In this document: positions 25,588 through 33,576 of the stretch, piece after piece | Numbering within the stretch: position 1 is the first letter of the stretch | Layout of the letters: each line of letters begins with the position of its first letter | Origin: an uncultured Chthonomonas sp. | GTDB lineage: Bacteria; Armatimonadota; Chthonomonadetes; Chthonomonadales; CAJBBX01 | Assembly: GCA_903951425.1 (NCBI GenBank) | Contig: CAJBBX010000063.1 | Location: 17,051 to 81,050 of the forward strand | Length of the DNA: 64,000 nt | Reading direction: 5' to 3' | The notes under the pieces: model-generated | What the model saw: only the letters and a program-made list of their open reading frames with translations | What the model was told of the DNA's origin: nothing | Databases searched by the model: none | Made by a program: the position numbers and the translations under genes

Positions 25588-27156
25588 GTGACCTTCCGCA
25601 ACCAGCCAGCCGAAGCCGACCCGCCTGCCGCTCCCGCACGGAGTGGAGGCTTCGACGTGCGGGCGACGCTGCTGATCCTTGCGCTGGCATGCGCGCACCT
25701 GGCGCTGGCGGTACACGTACCCTTGGCGCCCGACGAGTGCTACTACTGGGAGTGGAGCCGACGCCCCGCGCTGGGATACTACGATCAGGGCCCCATGATC
25801 GCCTGGCTGATCGCGCTGGGGCGCGCGCTGCTGGGCGACACGCCGTTGGGACTGCGGTTGCCCTCCGTCGTCGCCGCGGCGCTGTCCAACCTGCTCGTCT
25901 ACTCCATCGCCCGGCGCATGGCGGGGCCCGGCGCGGGCCGCCTGGCCGTGCTGATGCTCTCGGCCACGCCGCTGGCCATGGCGGGCGGCTTCATGGCGAC
26001 CTACGATGTGCCGCTGGCGCTCTGCTGGCTGGGCTGCATCTGGTTTTCCATGCGGGCCGTGGAAGGCGGGCAGCGCCGCCATTGGGCCGCGCTGGGTGTC
26101 TGCTTTGGGCTCGGGATGCTGAGCAAGCACACCATGGCCCTCTATCCGCTCTGCCTGCTTGGCGCGCTGGCGTCGTGGCGTCCCGGCCGCTCATGGCTGA
26201 CGCGGCCGGAGCCCTATCTGGCGCTGGCCCTAGGCCTGGCGGTCTACGCGCCGAACCTCGTGTGGCAGCAGGGCCACAACTGGGCGACGGTGCGGCATCT
26301 GGCGCACCTCTCCGGGGCCGTGTCCGACTCCACCGCCGTGCGGCGCATCGGCGATTTGTTGGGCTCCCAAGCGGGCGTCATCACGCCGCTGCTCTTCCTC
26401 GGCCTGCTCTGGGCATCCGTCCGCGCCGGCGGCAAGGGGCGCTCCGCCGGGGGCTTCGCGTGGCCGCTGGCGGCCGCCGCCTCGTGGCCCGTGCTGGCCT
26501 TCTTCGTCCTAATGGCCGCGCGCTCCAAGGTGCAGGCGAACTGGCCGCTCTGCGCATGGCTGTCGCTGGCCCCGGCCTACGCGGCGCTGGTGGCGCGGTC
26601 CGGCGGCAGGGCTCGGGGCTTCGCTGCCGCGGCCGTTGCCATGGCCGGCGCGTTGAGCCTGCTCATCGCCCTGCCCCGTCAGCGCGTGCAGGCGGGCATC
26701 CGCATCCCATGGAAGTGGGACCAGACCCGCAAAATGCAGGGCGGCCCGCAGATCGCCGCCGCCATCCAGGCAGTGCGCCGGGATATGGAGCGCGGTGGAC
26801 GCCATGTGGCGGTGGCCGGCACAACCTATGACGCCGCGGCGCGTCTCGCGTTCTACCTGCCCGACAAGCCGCGCACGGTCTGCCTCTTCCTCGGGACGCG
26901 CATCAACGCCTACGTCGACTGGAACGCCGAGGGCGGCCTGAAGCCCGGCGGCGATGCGGTCGTCCTCGACGGCCTCCCCTCCTGGGACCCGAACCACCCG
27001 AAGCTGCAGCGTATCTTCCGCCGCGTGGAAGCCGTGCGCGAGCCCATCCGGGTCCTATACAAGGGCGTCTACCCAGACCCGGTGGACACGCTCTACATCT
27101 ACCGATGCTATGGATACAGGCCCGACCCGCGATATGAGACACCCACGTCAGGCTGA
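25588..27156 (+). CDS. GT-C glycosyltransferase, ArnT/PMT-like (GT83/GT39-type)
   Basis: GTG start. There are about 11 hydrophobic helices. The first periplasmic-loop motif APDECYYWEWSR matches DE.YYW of ArnT/PMT-family enzymes. A soluble C-terminal domain of about 130 aa follows. Confidence 0.85.
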   Translation: MTFRNQPAEADPPAAPARSGGFDVRATLLILALACAHLALAVHVPLAPDECYYWEWSRRPALGYYDQGPMIAWLIALGRALLGDTPLGLRLPSVVAAALSNLLVYSIARRMAGPGAGRLAVLMLSATPLAMAGGFMATYDVPLALCWLGCIWFSMRAVEGGQRRHWAALGVCFGLGMLSKHTMALYPLCLLGALASWRPGRSWLTRPEPYLALALGLAVYAPNLVWQQGHNWATVRHLAHLSGAVSDSTAVRRIGDLLGSQAGVITPLLFLGLLWASVRAGGKGRSAGGFAWPLAAAASWPVLAFFVLMAARSKVQANWPLCAWLSLAPAYAALVARSGGRARGFAAAAVAMAGALSLLIALPRQRVQAGIRIPWKWDQTRKMQGGPQIAAAIQAVRRDMERGGRHVAVAGTTYDAAARLAFYLPDKPRTVCLFLGTRINAYVDWNAEGGLKPGGDAVVLDGLPSWDPNHPKLQRIFRRVEAVREPIRVLYKGVYPDPVDTLYIYRCYGYRPDPRYETPTSG

Positions 27157-27162
27157 GGCGCC

Positions 27163-29064
27163 ATGACGCGCCGGGTACTGGTCATCGCCTTCCTGCTGGC
27201 GCCGATCCACGCGCTGTGGATCGTGAAGTCGGAGGTCGTCTGGGCGTTCGTCCACGCCTCCGTGCTATCGGTCTTCTTCAATGTGGTGGCCACGCTCTTC
27301 CTCGTCACCCTGGGCAACCTCTGGCTACGCCGGCGCGCGCCCAAGCTGGCGTTGAGCACAGCCGAGCTGGCGGGGCTCTACATCCTCCTCAGCGCTGCCA
27401 CAGCCGTCTACGGGCACGACTTCCTGCAGGTGCTGGCCAATATGCTGATCTACCCCTACCGCCAGATGGAGGGCGGGGGGGCCTGGGTGGACGCAGTTCG
27501 GCAGCACCTGCCCCGATGGCTCGTGGTGACCGACCCCTCGGAGCTGAAAGCCGTCTGGCTCGGCAGCGCCAACCCCTACCGGTGGGCCGCACTCCGCGCC
27601 TGGGCGGCGCCGCTGGCCGTTTGGCTGGGCTTCATGATGCTGCTGCTCTGGACCATGACCTGCCTCACCACGCTTCTCCGCCGCCAGTGGACCGAGCATG
27701 AGCGCCTCTCGTTCCCGCTGGTGCGCATCCCCACCGAGATGCTGGTACACACCGACCGGCTCCTGGGCTCGCGGCTCTTCTGGACGGGCTTCGCGCTGGC
27801 GGCCGGGCTGGACCTCTGGAACGCCGCCTCCACCGTCTGGCCGGCGCTCCCCTCCATGCGGCTGCGGAACGAGCTGCAGCAGTTCATGACGCAGCGGCCC
27901 TGGAGCGACATGGGCTGGACACCGCTCTGCCTCTACCCCTTCGCCGTGGGCCTCACCTACTTCGTGCCGCTGGACCTGGCCTTCGCCTCATGGTTCTTCT
28001 ACTGGGTCTGGAAGGCGCAGATGATCGCCCGGTCGGCCGTGGGCATGGAGCCCCTGGGCGGCGCCTATATGGGCGACCAGTCCTCCGGCGCTTGGATCGG
28101 CATCGGCCTCGTGGCCCTCTGGGGAGCACGGAAGCACCTGTTGTGGGCCCTGCAGCACGCCTTCACCCCCCGCTCGCGGATCGACGACGACCACGAACCG
28201 CTCCCGTACCGCGCGGCGGTGATCGGCGGCATCGGCGGATTCCTGGGCCTCATGGCCTGCGCCCACACCATGGGATTGAGCCCCGCCGTGGCGGCTCTCT
28301 TCATGGCGCTCTTCTTCCTGCTGGTCACCGCTGCCACGCGCATGAGGGCGGAACTCGGCCCGGCCACGCACGACCTCTACTTCTCCGGTCCCGAGCGGAT
28401 CATGACCGCGGCCGCCGGGCCAGGCGCCTTCGCCACGCAGGACATGACCGTCATGTCGCAGTTCCACTGGTTCACGCGGGACTACCGGAGCAGCGCCATG
28501 CCGCACCAACTGGAGAGCTACAAGCTCGCCGGCGAGGCGGGGCTCTCGACCCGGAGCGTTATCTGGGCGGTGCTACTGATCAGCGCGTGGGCGTTCGTCT
28601 GCTGGTTCTGGGCCTACGCCCATGTTATGTACGACCGGGGCGCCATCGTCCGCGTGGCGCAGCCGGGCTCGGGCTGGACCATGCTGGCCAAGGAGTCCTA
28701 CACGCGGCTGGACCAGTGGCTCACCGCCACGAACCGCGGCCCGGACTTCGCCGTGTGGCAGCAGTTCGGCTCAGGGCTGGGCCTCACGCTGGGCCTGCTG
28801 GCCGTTCGGGCGAGGGTGGTGGGCTTCCCGTTCCACCCGGTGGGCTACGCGCTGGCCGGGTCGTGGACCATGTCGTGGCTCTGGGGCTCCGTCATGGCCG
28901 GATGGGCGATCAAGGGCGTGCTCATGCGCTACGGAGGGCAGAAGGCCTACCGCACGGCCGCGCCGCTCTTCATCGGCCTCGTGGTGGGCGAGTGCCTGGC
29001 CGGCGGCGCGCTCTCGCTCTACGCCGCGCTCACGGACCACGTCACCTACGGGTTCTTCCCATGA
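27163..29064 (+). CDS. Large polytopic membrane protein of unknown function (possibly DUF6784/DUF6785-type)
   Basis: 633 aa with 12 or more hydrophobic segments. It starts 6 nt after the GT83 stop, with GAGG upstream. I see no recognizable catalytic motif. The family name is from memory only. Confidence 0.75.
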   Translation: MTRRVLVIAFLLAPIHALWIVKSEVVWAFVHASVLSVFFNVVATLFLVTLGNLWLRRRAPKLALSTAELAGLYILLSAATAVYGHDFLQVLANMLIYPYRQMEGGGAWVDAVRQHLPRWLVVTDPSELKAVWLGSANPYRWAALRAWAAPLAVWLGFMMLLLWTMTCLTTLLRRQWTEHERLSFPLVRIPTEMLVHTDRLLGSRLFWTGFALAAGLDLWNAASTVWPALPSMRLRNELQQFMTQRPWSDMGWTPLCLYPFAVGLTYFVPLDLAFASWFFYWVWKAQMIARSAVGMEPLGGAYMGDQSSGAWIGIGLVALWGARKHLLWALQHAFTPRSRIDDDHEPLPYRAAVIGGIGGFLGLMACAHTMGLSPAVAALFMALFFLLVTAATRMRAELGPATHDLYFSGPERIMTAAAGPGAFATQDMTVMSQFHWFTRDYRSSAMPHQLESYKLAGEAGLSTRSVIWAVLLISAWAFVCWFWAYAHVMYDRGAIVRVAQPGSGWTMLAKESYTRLDQWLTATNRGPDFAVWQQFGSGLGLTLGLLAVRARVVGFPFHPVGYALAGSWTMSWLWGSVMAGWAIKGVLMRYGGQKAYRTAAPLFIGLVVGECLAGGALSLYAALTDHVTYGFFP

Positions 29065-30014
29065 GCCAGGGCGCGCCGCCCGGCTGCAGCGTCTTCTCGT
29101 GCCGCGCCATGGCCACCCAGTTCGATATCGTTCTGTGGGGCGACGCCTTCGGGAGGTTGCAGGCCGCCGCAACCGAGGCCATGGGTGAGATCGAGGCCGC
29201 CGAGCGGCTGCTGAGCGCGTTCGACCCGGCAAGCGAGATCGCCCAGCTCAACGCCCGCGAGACGCAGGGGCCGCTGCGGATCGACCTGCGCGTGCTGCGG
29301 CTGCTCGAGCGGTGCGTCCACTACACCGAGCAGACCGGCGGCGCATTCGACGTGAGCGTGGGTCCGCTCATGCGGGTCTGGGGCTTCCGAGGCGAACCCG
29401 AGGGCGACTGGCCCTCGGCGCGGGCAGCCACGGGCATGGACAAGCTGGACCTGGACCTCGACGCCGGTACCGTCGCCTTCGCCTCCGACGCCGTGCGGCT
29501 GGACCTGGGGGCCGTGGGCAAGGGTTACGCGGTGGACGCAGCCATGGACGTGCTGCGCGAGTGCGGCCTGAAGGGCGCCATGGTCCACGGCGGCAGAAGC
29601 ACAGCCGCCGCTATGGGCGCCACGCCCGACGGAGGGCCGTGGCAGGCGCTGGTCCGCGACCCGAGCCCCGGAGCCAAAGTGCCCATGGCCCGGGTGGAGC
29701 TGGCCGAGGGCGCCATGTCCGTCTCCGCGCCGCACGGCCGCACCGCCGGCGGTCTGGGCCACGTCATGAACCCCCGCACGGGCAAGCCCGCCGCCGCAAG
29801 CCTCATCGCGGCTGTGGCGCACCCCTCCGCCGAGGCCACCGACGCCTACTCGACCGCCCTGCTCGTGCTGGGCCGCGAAGGCCTCCGGCGCCTGGGCGGC
29901 GTGGAGGGCCTCTCCGCGCTCTGGGCGCCCAGGCTGGCGGCAGGGGGCAGGGCCGCTCGCACCCTCGGACCCGCGTTCCGGCTGTCGCCCGATCCCGAGT
30001 CGCCCGTCAGCTGA
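29061..30014 (+). CDS. apbE: ApbE-family FAD:protein FMN transferase, no signal peptide or lipobox
   Basis: The ATG at 29061 forms an ATGA overlap with the upstream stop. Motifs are RAMATQFDIVLWG, GGAFDVSVGPLMRVWGF, LDLGAVGKGYAVD, HVMNPRTGKP and ATDAYSTALLVLG. Only 16 aa precede the conserved core. Confidence 0.85.
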   Translation: MSQGAPPGCSVFSCRAMATQFDIVLWGDAFGRLQAAATEAMGEIEAAERLLSAFDPASEIAQLNARETQGPLRIDLRVLRLLERCVHYTEQTGGAFDVSVGPLMRVWGFRGEPEGDWPSARAATGMDKLDLDLDAGTVAFASDAVRLDLGAVGKGYAVDAAMDVLRECGLKGAMVHGGRSTAAAMGATPDGGPWQALVRDPSPGAKVPMARVELAEGAMSVSAPHGRTAGGLGHVMNPRTGKPAAASLIAAVAHPSAEATDAYSTALLVLGREGLRRLGGVEGLSALWAPRLAAGGRAARTLGPAFRLSPDPESPVS

Positions 30015-30057
30015 CGGGTATGATATCTTCAGACACTTCTGGGGGCCGCCCGCCGAC

Positions 30058-30942
30058 ATGCCAATGCACCGAACCGACCTGAGCATCGCCGGGCTCCGCC
30101 TGGCCCTTGAGACCGAGGCGCCGCCCGCCGACCTGGGCGTCGACGAGCGGTACGGCGCCTTCCATGCCGATGGCGACGGCGAGCCCGATATCCGCGTGGT
30201 CTGCCGCTTCGGCGAGCCCGTTGCGCCCGAGGGCAAGCCGGACTACACGGCCGAAGACATCTGGAGCATGTACGCCGGAGCCGACGGCTCTTGGACAGCG
30301 GTCATCACCTATCCCTCGCCGGACGGGGCTCCGCGCCCTCCGGCCCTGCTCTCCATCGACGCCAAGTGGCGCAACGCGGCGCTGACGGAGAAGCGCGCGC
30401 CGGGGCTCTGGAGATCGGTCATCACCGCCGGCGCGGCCGAACTGCTGATCCGCACCCGTCTGGTCCTGCATGACGGCCTGGTGATGCATGGGGCCGCTTT
30501 ACAGGTGGGAGATGCCGCGGTGATCCTGACGGGCCACAGCGGAGCGGGCAAAAGCACACAGGCCATGCTCTGGCAGCAGGCCGTGGGCGCGCGTCCGCTC
30601 TGCGATGACCGAGCCGCCATCCGTCCTGACGCCGGCCGCTGGCTCGTCTACGGTACGCCGTGGGCGGGCACGGCGGGCATCGCCGTCAACGCCTGCGCCC
30701 CGCTGGCTGCCATCATCGTGCTTGAGCAGCACACTGAGAACGAAATGAAGCCACTCACGGCCGCCGAGGCCCTGCCTATGCTGCTTGCGCGCTCATTCCT
30801 GCCCTACTGGGACGCCGCGCTGGTGGGCACGGCCATGGGTTCGGCGCTGAACATCCTGCAGGGCGTGCCCATCTACCGCCTGCGCTGCCGGCCCGAGGCC
30901 GCCGCCGCCGAGATGGTCTGCGCCAGGCTCGGGCTCCGATGA
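30058..30942 (+). CDS. HPr-kinase C-terminal-domain-like P-loop protein (HprK-related)
   Basis: 294 aa. The Walker A is embedded as VILTGHSGAGKST after HGAAL, as in the HprK C-terminal fold. The N-terminal half is not recognized. Confidence 0.6.
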   Translation: MPMHRTDLSIAGLRLALETEAPPADLGVDERYGAFHADGDGEPDIRVVCRFGEPVAPEGKPDYTAEDIWSMYAGADGSWTAVITYPSPDGAPRPPALLSIDAKWRNAALTEKRAPGLWRSVITAGAAELLIRTRLVLHDGLVMHGAALQVGDAAVILTGHSGAGKSTQAMLWQQAVGARPLCDDRAAIRPDAGRWLVYGTPWAGTAGIAVNACAPLAAIIVLEQHTENEMKPLTAAEALPMLLARSFLPYWDAALVGTAMGSALNILQGVPIYRLRCRPEAAAAEMVCARLGLR

Positions 30943-31721
30943 GCCGGCTGGAGCAAGAGCAGCCGACGGCGACGCAAGCCGCAACCGGACAGGTCGCCGA
31001 GGGTCCACGCAGGTCGCCGCTATTCGACGTCTGCGTGCATGAGGTGAACCTGAACGGCGCCGTGGACGCGGTGAACGGCCTCATCGCCCGGGGTATGCCG
31101 TCGCATGTGGTCACGCTGGACGCCTCCATGTGCGTCGCAGCGCGCCGCGACCTAGAGTTGCGGCGGATCGTCCTGCACGCCGAGTTGGTGACACCCGACA
31201 GCGTCGGCGTCCTCTGGGCCGCCAAGCGCAAGGGCATCGCGCTGACCGACCGGGCCTCCGGCGTGGAGATCTCCGAGCGCCTTTGCGCCGCGTCGGCAGC
31301 CCGCGGGACGCGCATCTTCTTCCTGGGATCCGCTCCCGGCGTGGCCGAGGACGCCGCGATCCGCATGCGCGACCGCTACCCCGGCTGCAACATCGTCGGG
31401 ACCATGCACGGGTACTACGACGCCGTGGAGGAGCGCAACGTACTCCATGCCATCCGTCAGGCAGCGCCCGACGTGCTGCTGGTGGCCTTCGGCATCCCGA
31501 AGCAGGAGAAATGGATCGCACTGCACCGCGAGGCGCTTGGCGTGCCCGTGATGATCGGCGTGGGGGGCAGCCTGGACGTGATGTCGGGCCGCGTGGAGCG
31601 CGCCCCCCAGTGGGCCCGCCGGTTCAACATGGAGTGGCTCTACCGGCTGGCCCAGAACCCCAAGAAGATCGGCAAGGCGCTGGCCTTGCCGCGCTTCGTA
31701 TGGATGGCCCTCACCCGGTGA
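30939..31721 (+). CDS. WecB/TagA/CpsF-family glycosyltransferase (GT26)
   Basis: ATGA overlap with the upstream stop. Motifs are LVTPDSVGVLWAA, RIFFLGS, PDVLLVAFGIPKQEKW, IGVGGSLD and NMEWLYRLAQNPKK. Confidence 0.9.
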   Translation: MSRLEQEQPTATQAATGQVAEGPRRSPLFDVCVHEVNLNGAVDAVNGLIARGMPSHVVTLDASMCVAARRDLELRRIVLHAELVTPDSVGVLWAAKRKGIALTDRASGVEISERLCAASAARGTRIFFLGSAPGVAEDAAIRMRDRYPGCNIVGTMHGYYDAVEERNVLHAIRQAAPDVLLVAFGIPKQEKWIALHREALGVPVMIGVGGSLDVMSGRVERAPQWARRFNMEWLYRLAQNPKKIGKALALPRFVWMALTR

Positions 31722-31725
31722 GGCG

Positions 31726-32226
31726 CTATGGGCGCGGCGGACCGGGCGGCGCGTCGCCGGGTGTGCGGGCTCGACGGCGCTTCTGCGCCTCCTCGTGCAT
31801 CAGCGCGCGCATCCGCTCGAACTGCTCACGCGTGAGAATCTTGCGCACGCGCTTCTCCGTGGCGGCCTGCACCTGGAGCATCTTCTTCCGAAGTTCCAGC
31901 ACGCCCTTGCGGGCGACTTCCGCCTGGCCCTCGTCGATATCGTAGGCGTCGTAGACCTCCGACAGCTTCCGGTGGCGCTCGCGCAAGCCGTCGAAAACGG
32001 CGCGCATCTGCTTGCCGCTATCATCGAAGACCGCCTCAAGCTGGGATTGCTGGTCGCGCGTCATGCCGATGCTCAGGCGTGCGCGCTCCTTCTCTTCATC
32101 CGTCGGGCCGCGGCGCGTGGAACCCGGACCCCGGACGCGACCGGGGTCATCGACCTGCGCCAAAGCGTGCAGGGGCGCCAACGTTGCCAGGGCCAACGCC
32201 GCCCCGGCCGCGGCTCGGGCGATCAC
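31726..32226 (-). CDS. Periplasmic LTXXQ-motif (CpxP/Spy/ZraP-like) protein
   Basis: The signal peptide ends at ALA-QV. It is helical and Glu/Arg-rich, with MTRDQ and LTREQ (LTXXQ) motifs. The GTG start forms a GTGA overlap with the anti-sigma stop. Confidence 0.7.
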   Translation of the reverse strand: MIARAAAGAALALATLAPLHALAQVDDPGRVRGPGSTRRGPTDEEKERARLSIGMTRDQQSQLEAVFDDSGKQMRAVFDGLRERHRKLSEVYDAYDIDEGQAEVARKGVLELRKKMLQVQAATEKRVRKILTREQFERMRALMHEEAQKRRRARTPGDAPPGPPRP

Positions 32227-32705
32227 TCGCTGTCCCCCGCGTACCCGATGAGGATGGCCTGCCTGGCGCTCCGCGTGGCGCGCATGCCCTCGTACCCGGC
32301 GTCATCAGCCGGATCCGGAGCGGGCAGCACGTCGGCGGCCATGCGGACGATCCGCACCTCATCCTCGGGCGCCAGGGTCAGGTTCTGCGCGGGCTGCTGC
32401 GGCCTAAGCGCAACCAGCGCCAGGGCAGCGGCGGCAGCGGCGGTGAGGGCAAAGGCATACCATGGCCGTCCGGTCGCACGTTGCGGCGCGGTCGTGCGAA
32501 TGCGCTCGTAGAGGCCCGGCCAGAGGTCCGGCGAGGTCGGCTCCGCACGGAGCGGCGCCAGGCTCTCCAGAAGGGCCATCTCTTCGCGCAGCAGGAGGGC
32601 GCACCGGGCACATTTGGCAGTGTGCGCGGCGATGGGCTCTGCCAGTTCAGGTCGGCGACCCTGCAGCCAGGCCGCCGAGCTCTTCTCCAAATCCCTGCAG
32701 TTCAT
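32223..32705 (-). CDS. zf-HC2 anti-sigma factor, single-pass membrane
   Basis: H-x3-C-x2-C motif (AHTAKCARCA), then the TM WYAFALTAAAAAALALVAL. It has a 4-bp overlap with the sigma factor stop. Confidence 0.75.
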   Translation of the reverse strand: MNCRDLEKSSAAWLQGRRPELAEPIAAHTAKCARCALLLREEMALLESLAPLRAEPTSPDLWPGLYERIRTTAPQRATGRPWYAFALTAAAAAALALVALRPQQPAQNLTLAPEDEVRIVRMAADVLPAPDPADDAGYEGMRATRSARQAILIGYAGDSE

Positions 32706-33313
32706 GGGACCGTCCTTTTGTAACCGTCTTCCAGCTTCGCCTTGAGCCGCTGCCTGGCGCGGGCCAGGCGTGTCTTGAGCACGGTGTAGGAGACGCCGGT
32801 GATGGCCTGCATCTCCTCGTAGTCGCGCTCCTCCAAGTAGTAGAGCACGATGAGCATACGATCGCTCTCATTGAGCTGACCGATCGCTTCACGTATCTGG
32901 CGCGCCTGATCTTCCCTTTCCAGGGTGTTCAGGGCGTCAGTCTCCGCGCTGCCCAGGGACCCGCGCTCCAACTGCCGCTCGTCCGGCCATGCCTCTTGCG
33001 GCCGGGCCATCTTGCGGCTGTGTGCGTCGCGCGCCAGGTTGGCGGCGATGCGGTACAGCCACGTCGAGACCTTGGCCCGGTACTGGAACCGACCGGCGTG
33101 CTGCCAGGCCTTGGTGAACACATCCATCGCGGCCTCTTCAGCATCCTCCCGGGACCCGCTCATGCGGTAGAGGAAGCGGAATATGGGCGCCTGGTACCTG
33201 CGCGTCAGCTCGCGGAGGGCTTGCTGGTCGCCGGAGGCGCAGCAACGCAGCACATCCTCATCGGGGAGGATCTGAAGGTCGCCGACCGACTTCTCGGTAC
33301 GCCCCAAGCGCAT
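32702..33313 (-). CDS. ECF-type RNA polymerase sigma-70 family factor
   Basis: Region 2 is IFRFLYRMSGSREDAEEAAMDVFTKAW. Region 4 is LNESDRMLIVLYYLEERDYEEMQAITGVSYTVLKTRLARARQRL. The start is taken at ATG 33313; 33382 and 33466 are alternatives. Confidence 0.85.
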   Translation of the reverse strand: MRLGRTEKSVGDLQILPDEDVLRCCASGDQQALRELTRRYQAPIFRFLYRMSGSREDAEEAAMDVFTKAWQHAGRFQYRAKVSTWLYRIAANLARDAHSRKMARPQEAWPDERQLERGSLGSAETDALNTLEREDQARQIREAIGQLNESDRMLIVLYYLEERDYEEMQAITGVSYTVLKTRLARARQRLKAKLEDGYKRTVP

Positions 33314-33576
33314 TAAGTCATCCGACGCGTGCGCCGTAGTTCCATATCGCCACGCCAATGGTTGGTCTGTCCAAGGTGCCATCACGCTCACCGTCGCGCC
33401 CCGCCTCGCGGAGCCCAGTCTACTGGTGTAGACGGACCCTCGCTTCTGCGGAAACACGACACCCAACGGCGCCCAGAACGGTCTACTATTGTACTGCCTC
33501 GAAACCCGACGCGCTCGAATACCGTAGTGCGCCCGAGTCCCAATCCATGCGGCAGGTGCCGCGCCCCGGGGGTGAG

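Noticed and set aside
24819-26831. 670-aa plus-strand ORF running through the HEAT gene, the decamer array and most of the GT83 gene
   Set aside because: It is out of frame with the convincing GT83 ORF (DECYYWEW motif and clear TM helices). Its translation is Arg/Pro/Gly junk.
28075-28095. DQSSGAW in the large membrane protein as an ApbE flavinylation site
   Set aside because: The consensus needs Ser or Thr as the last residue ([ST]GA[ST]). Here it is Trp, and the segment looks membrane-embedded.
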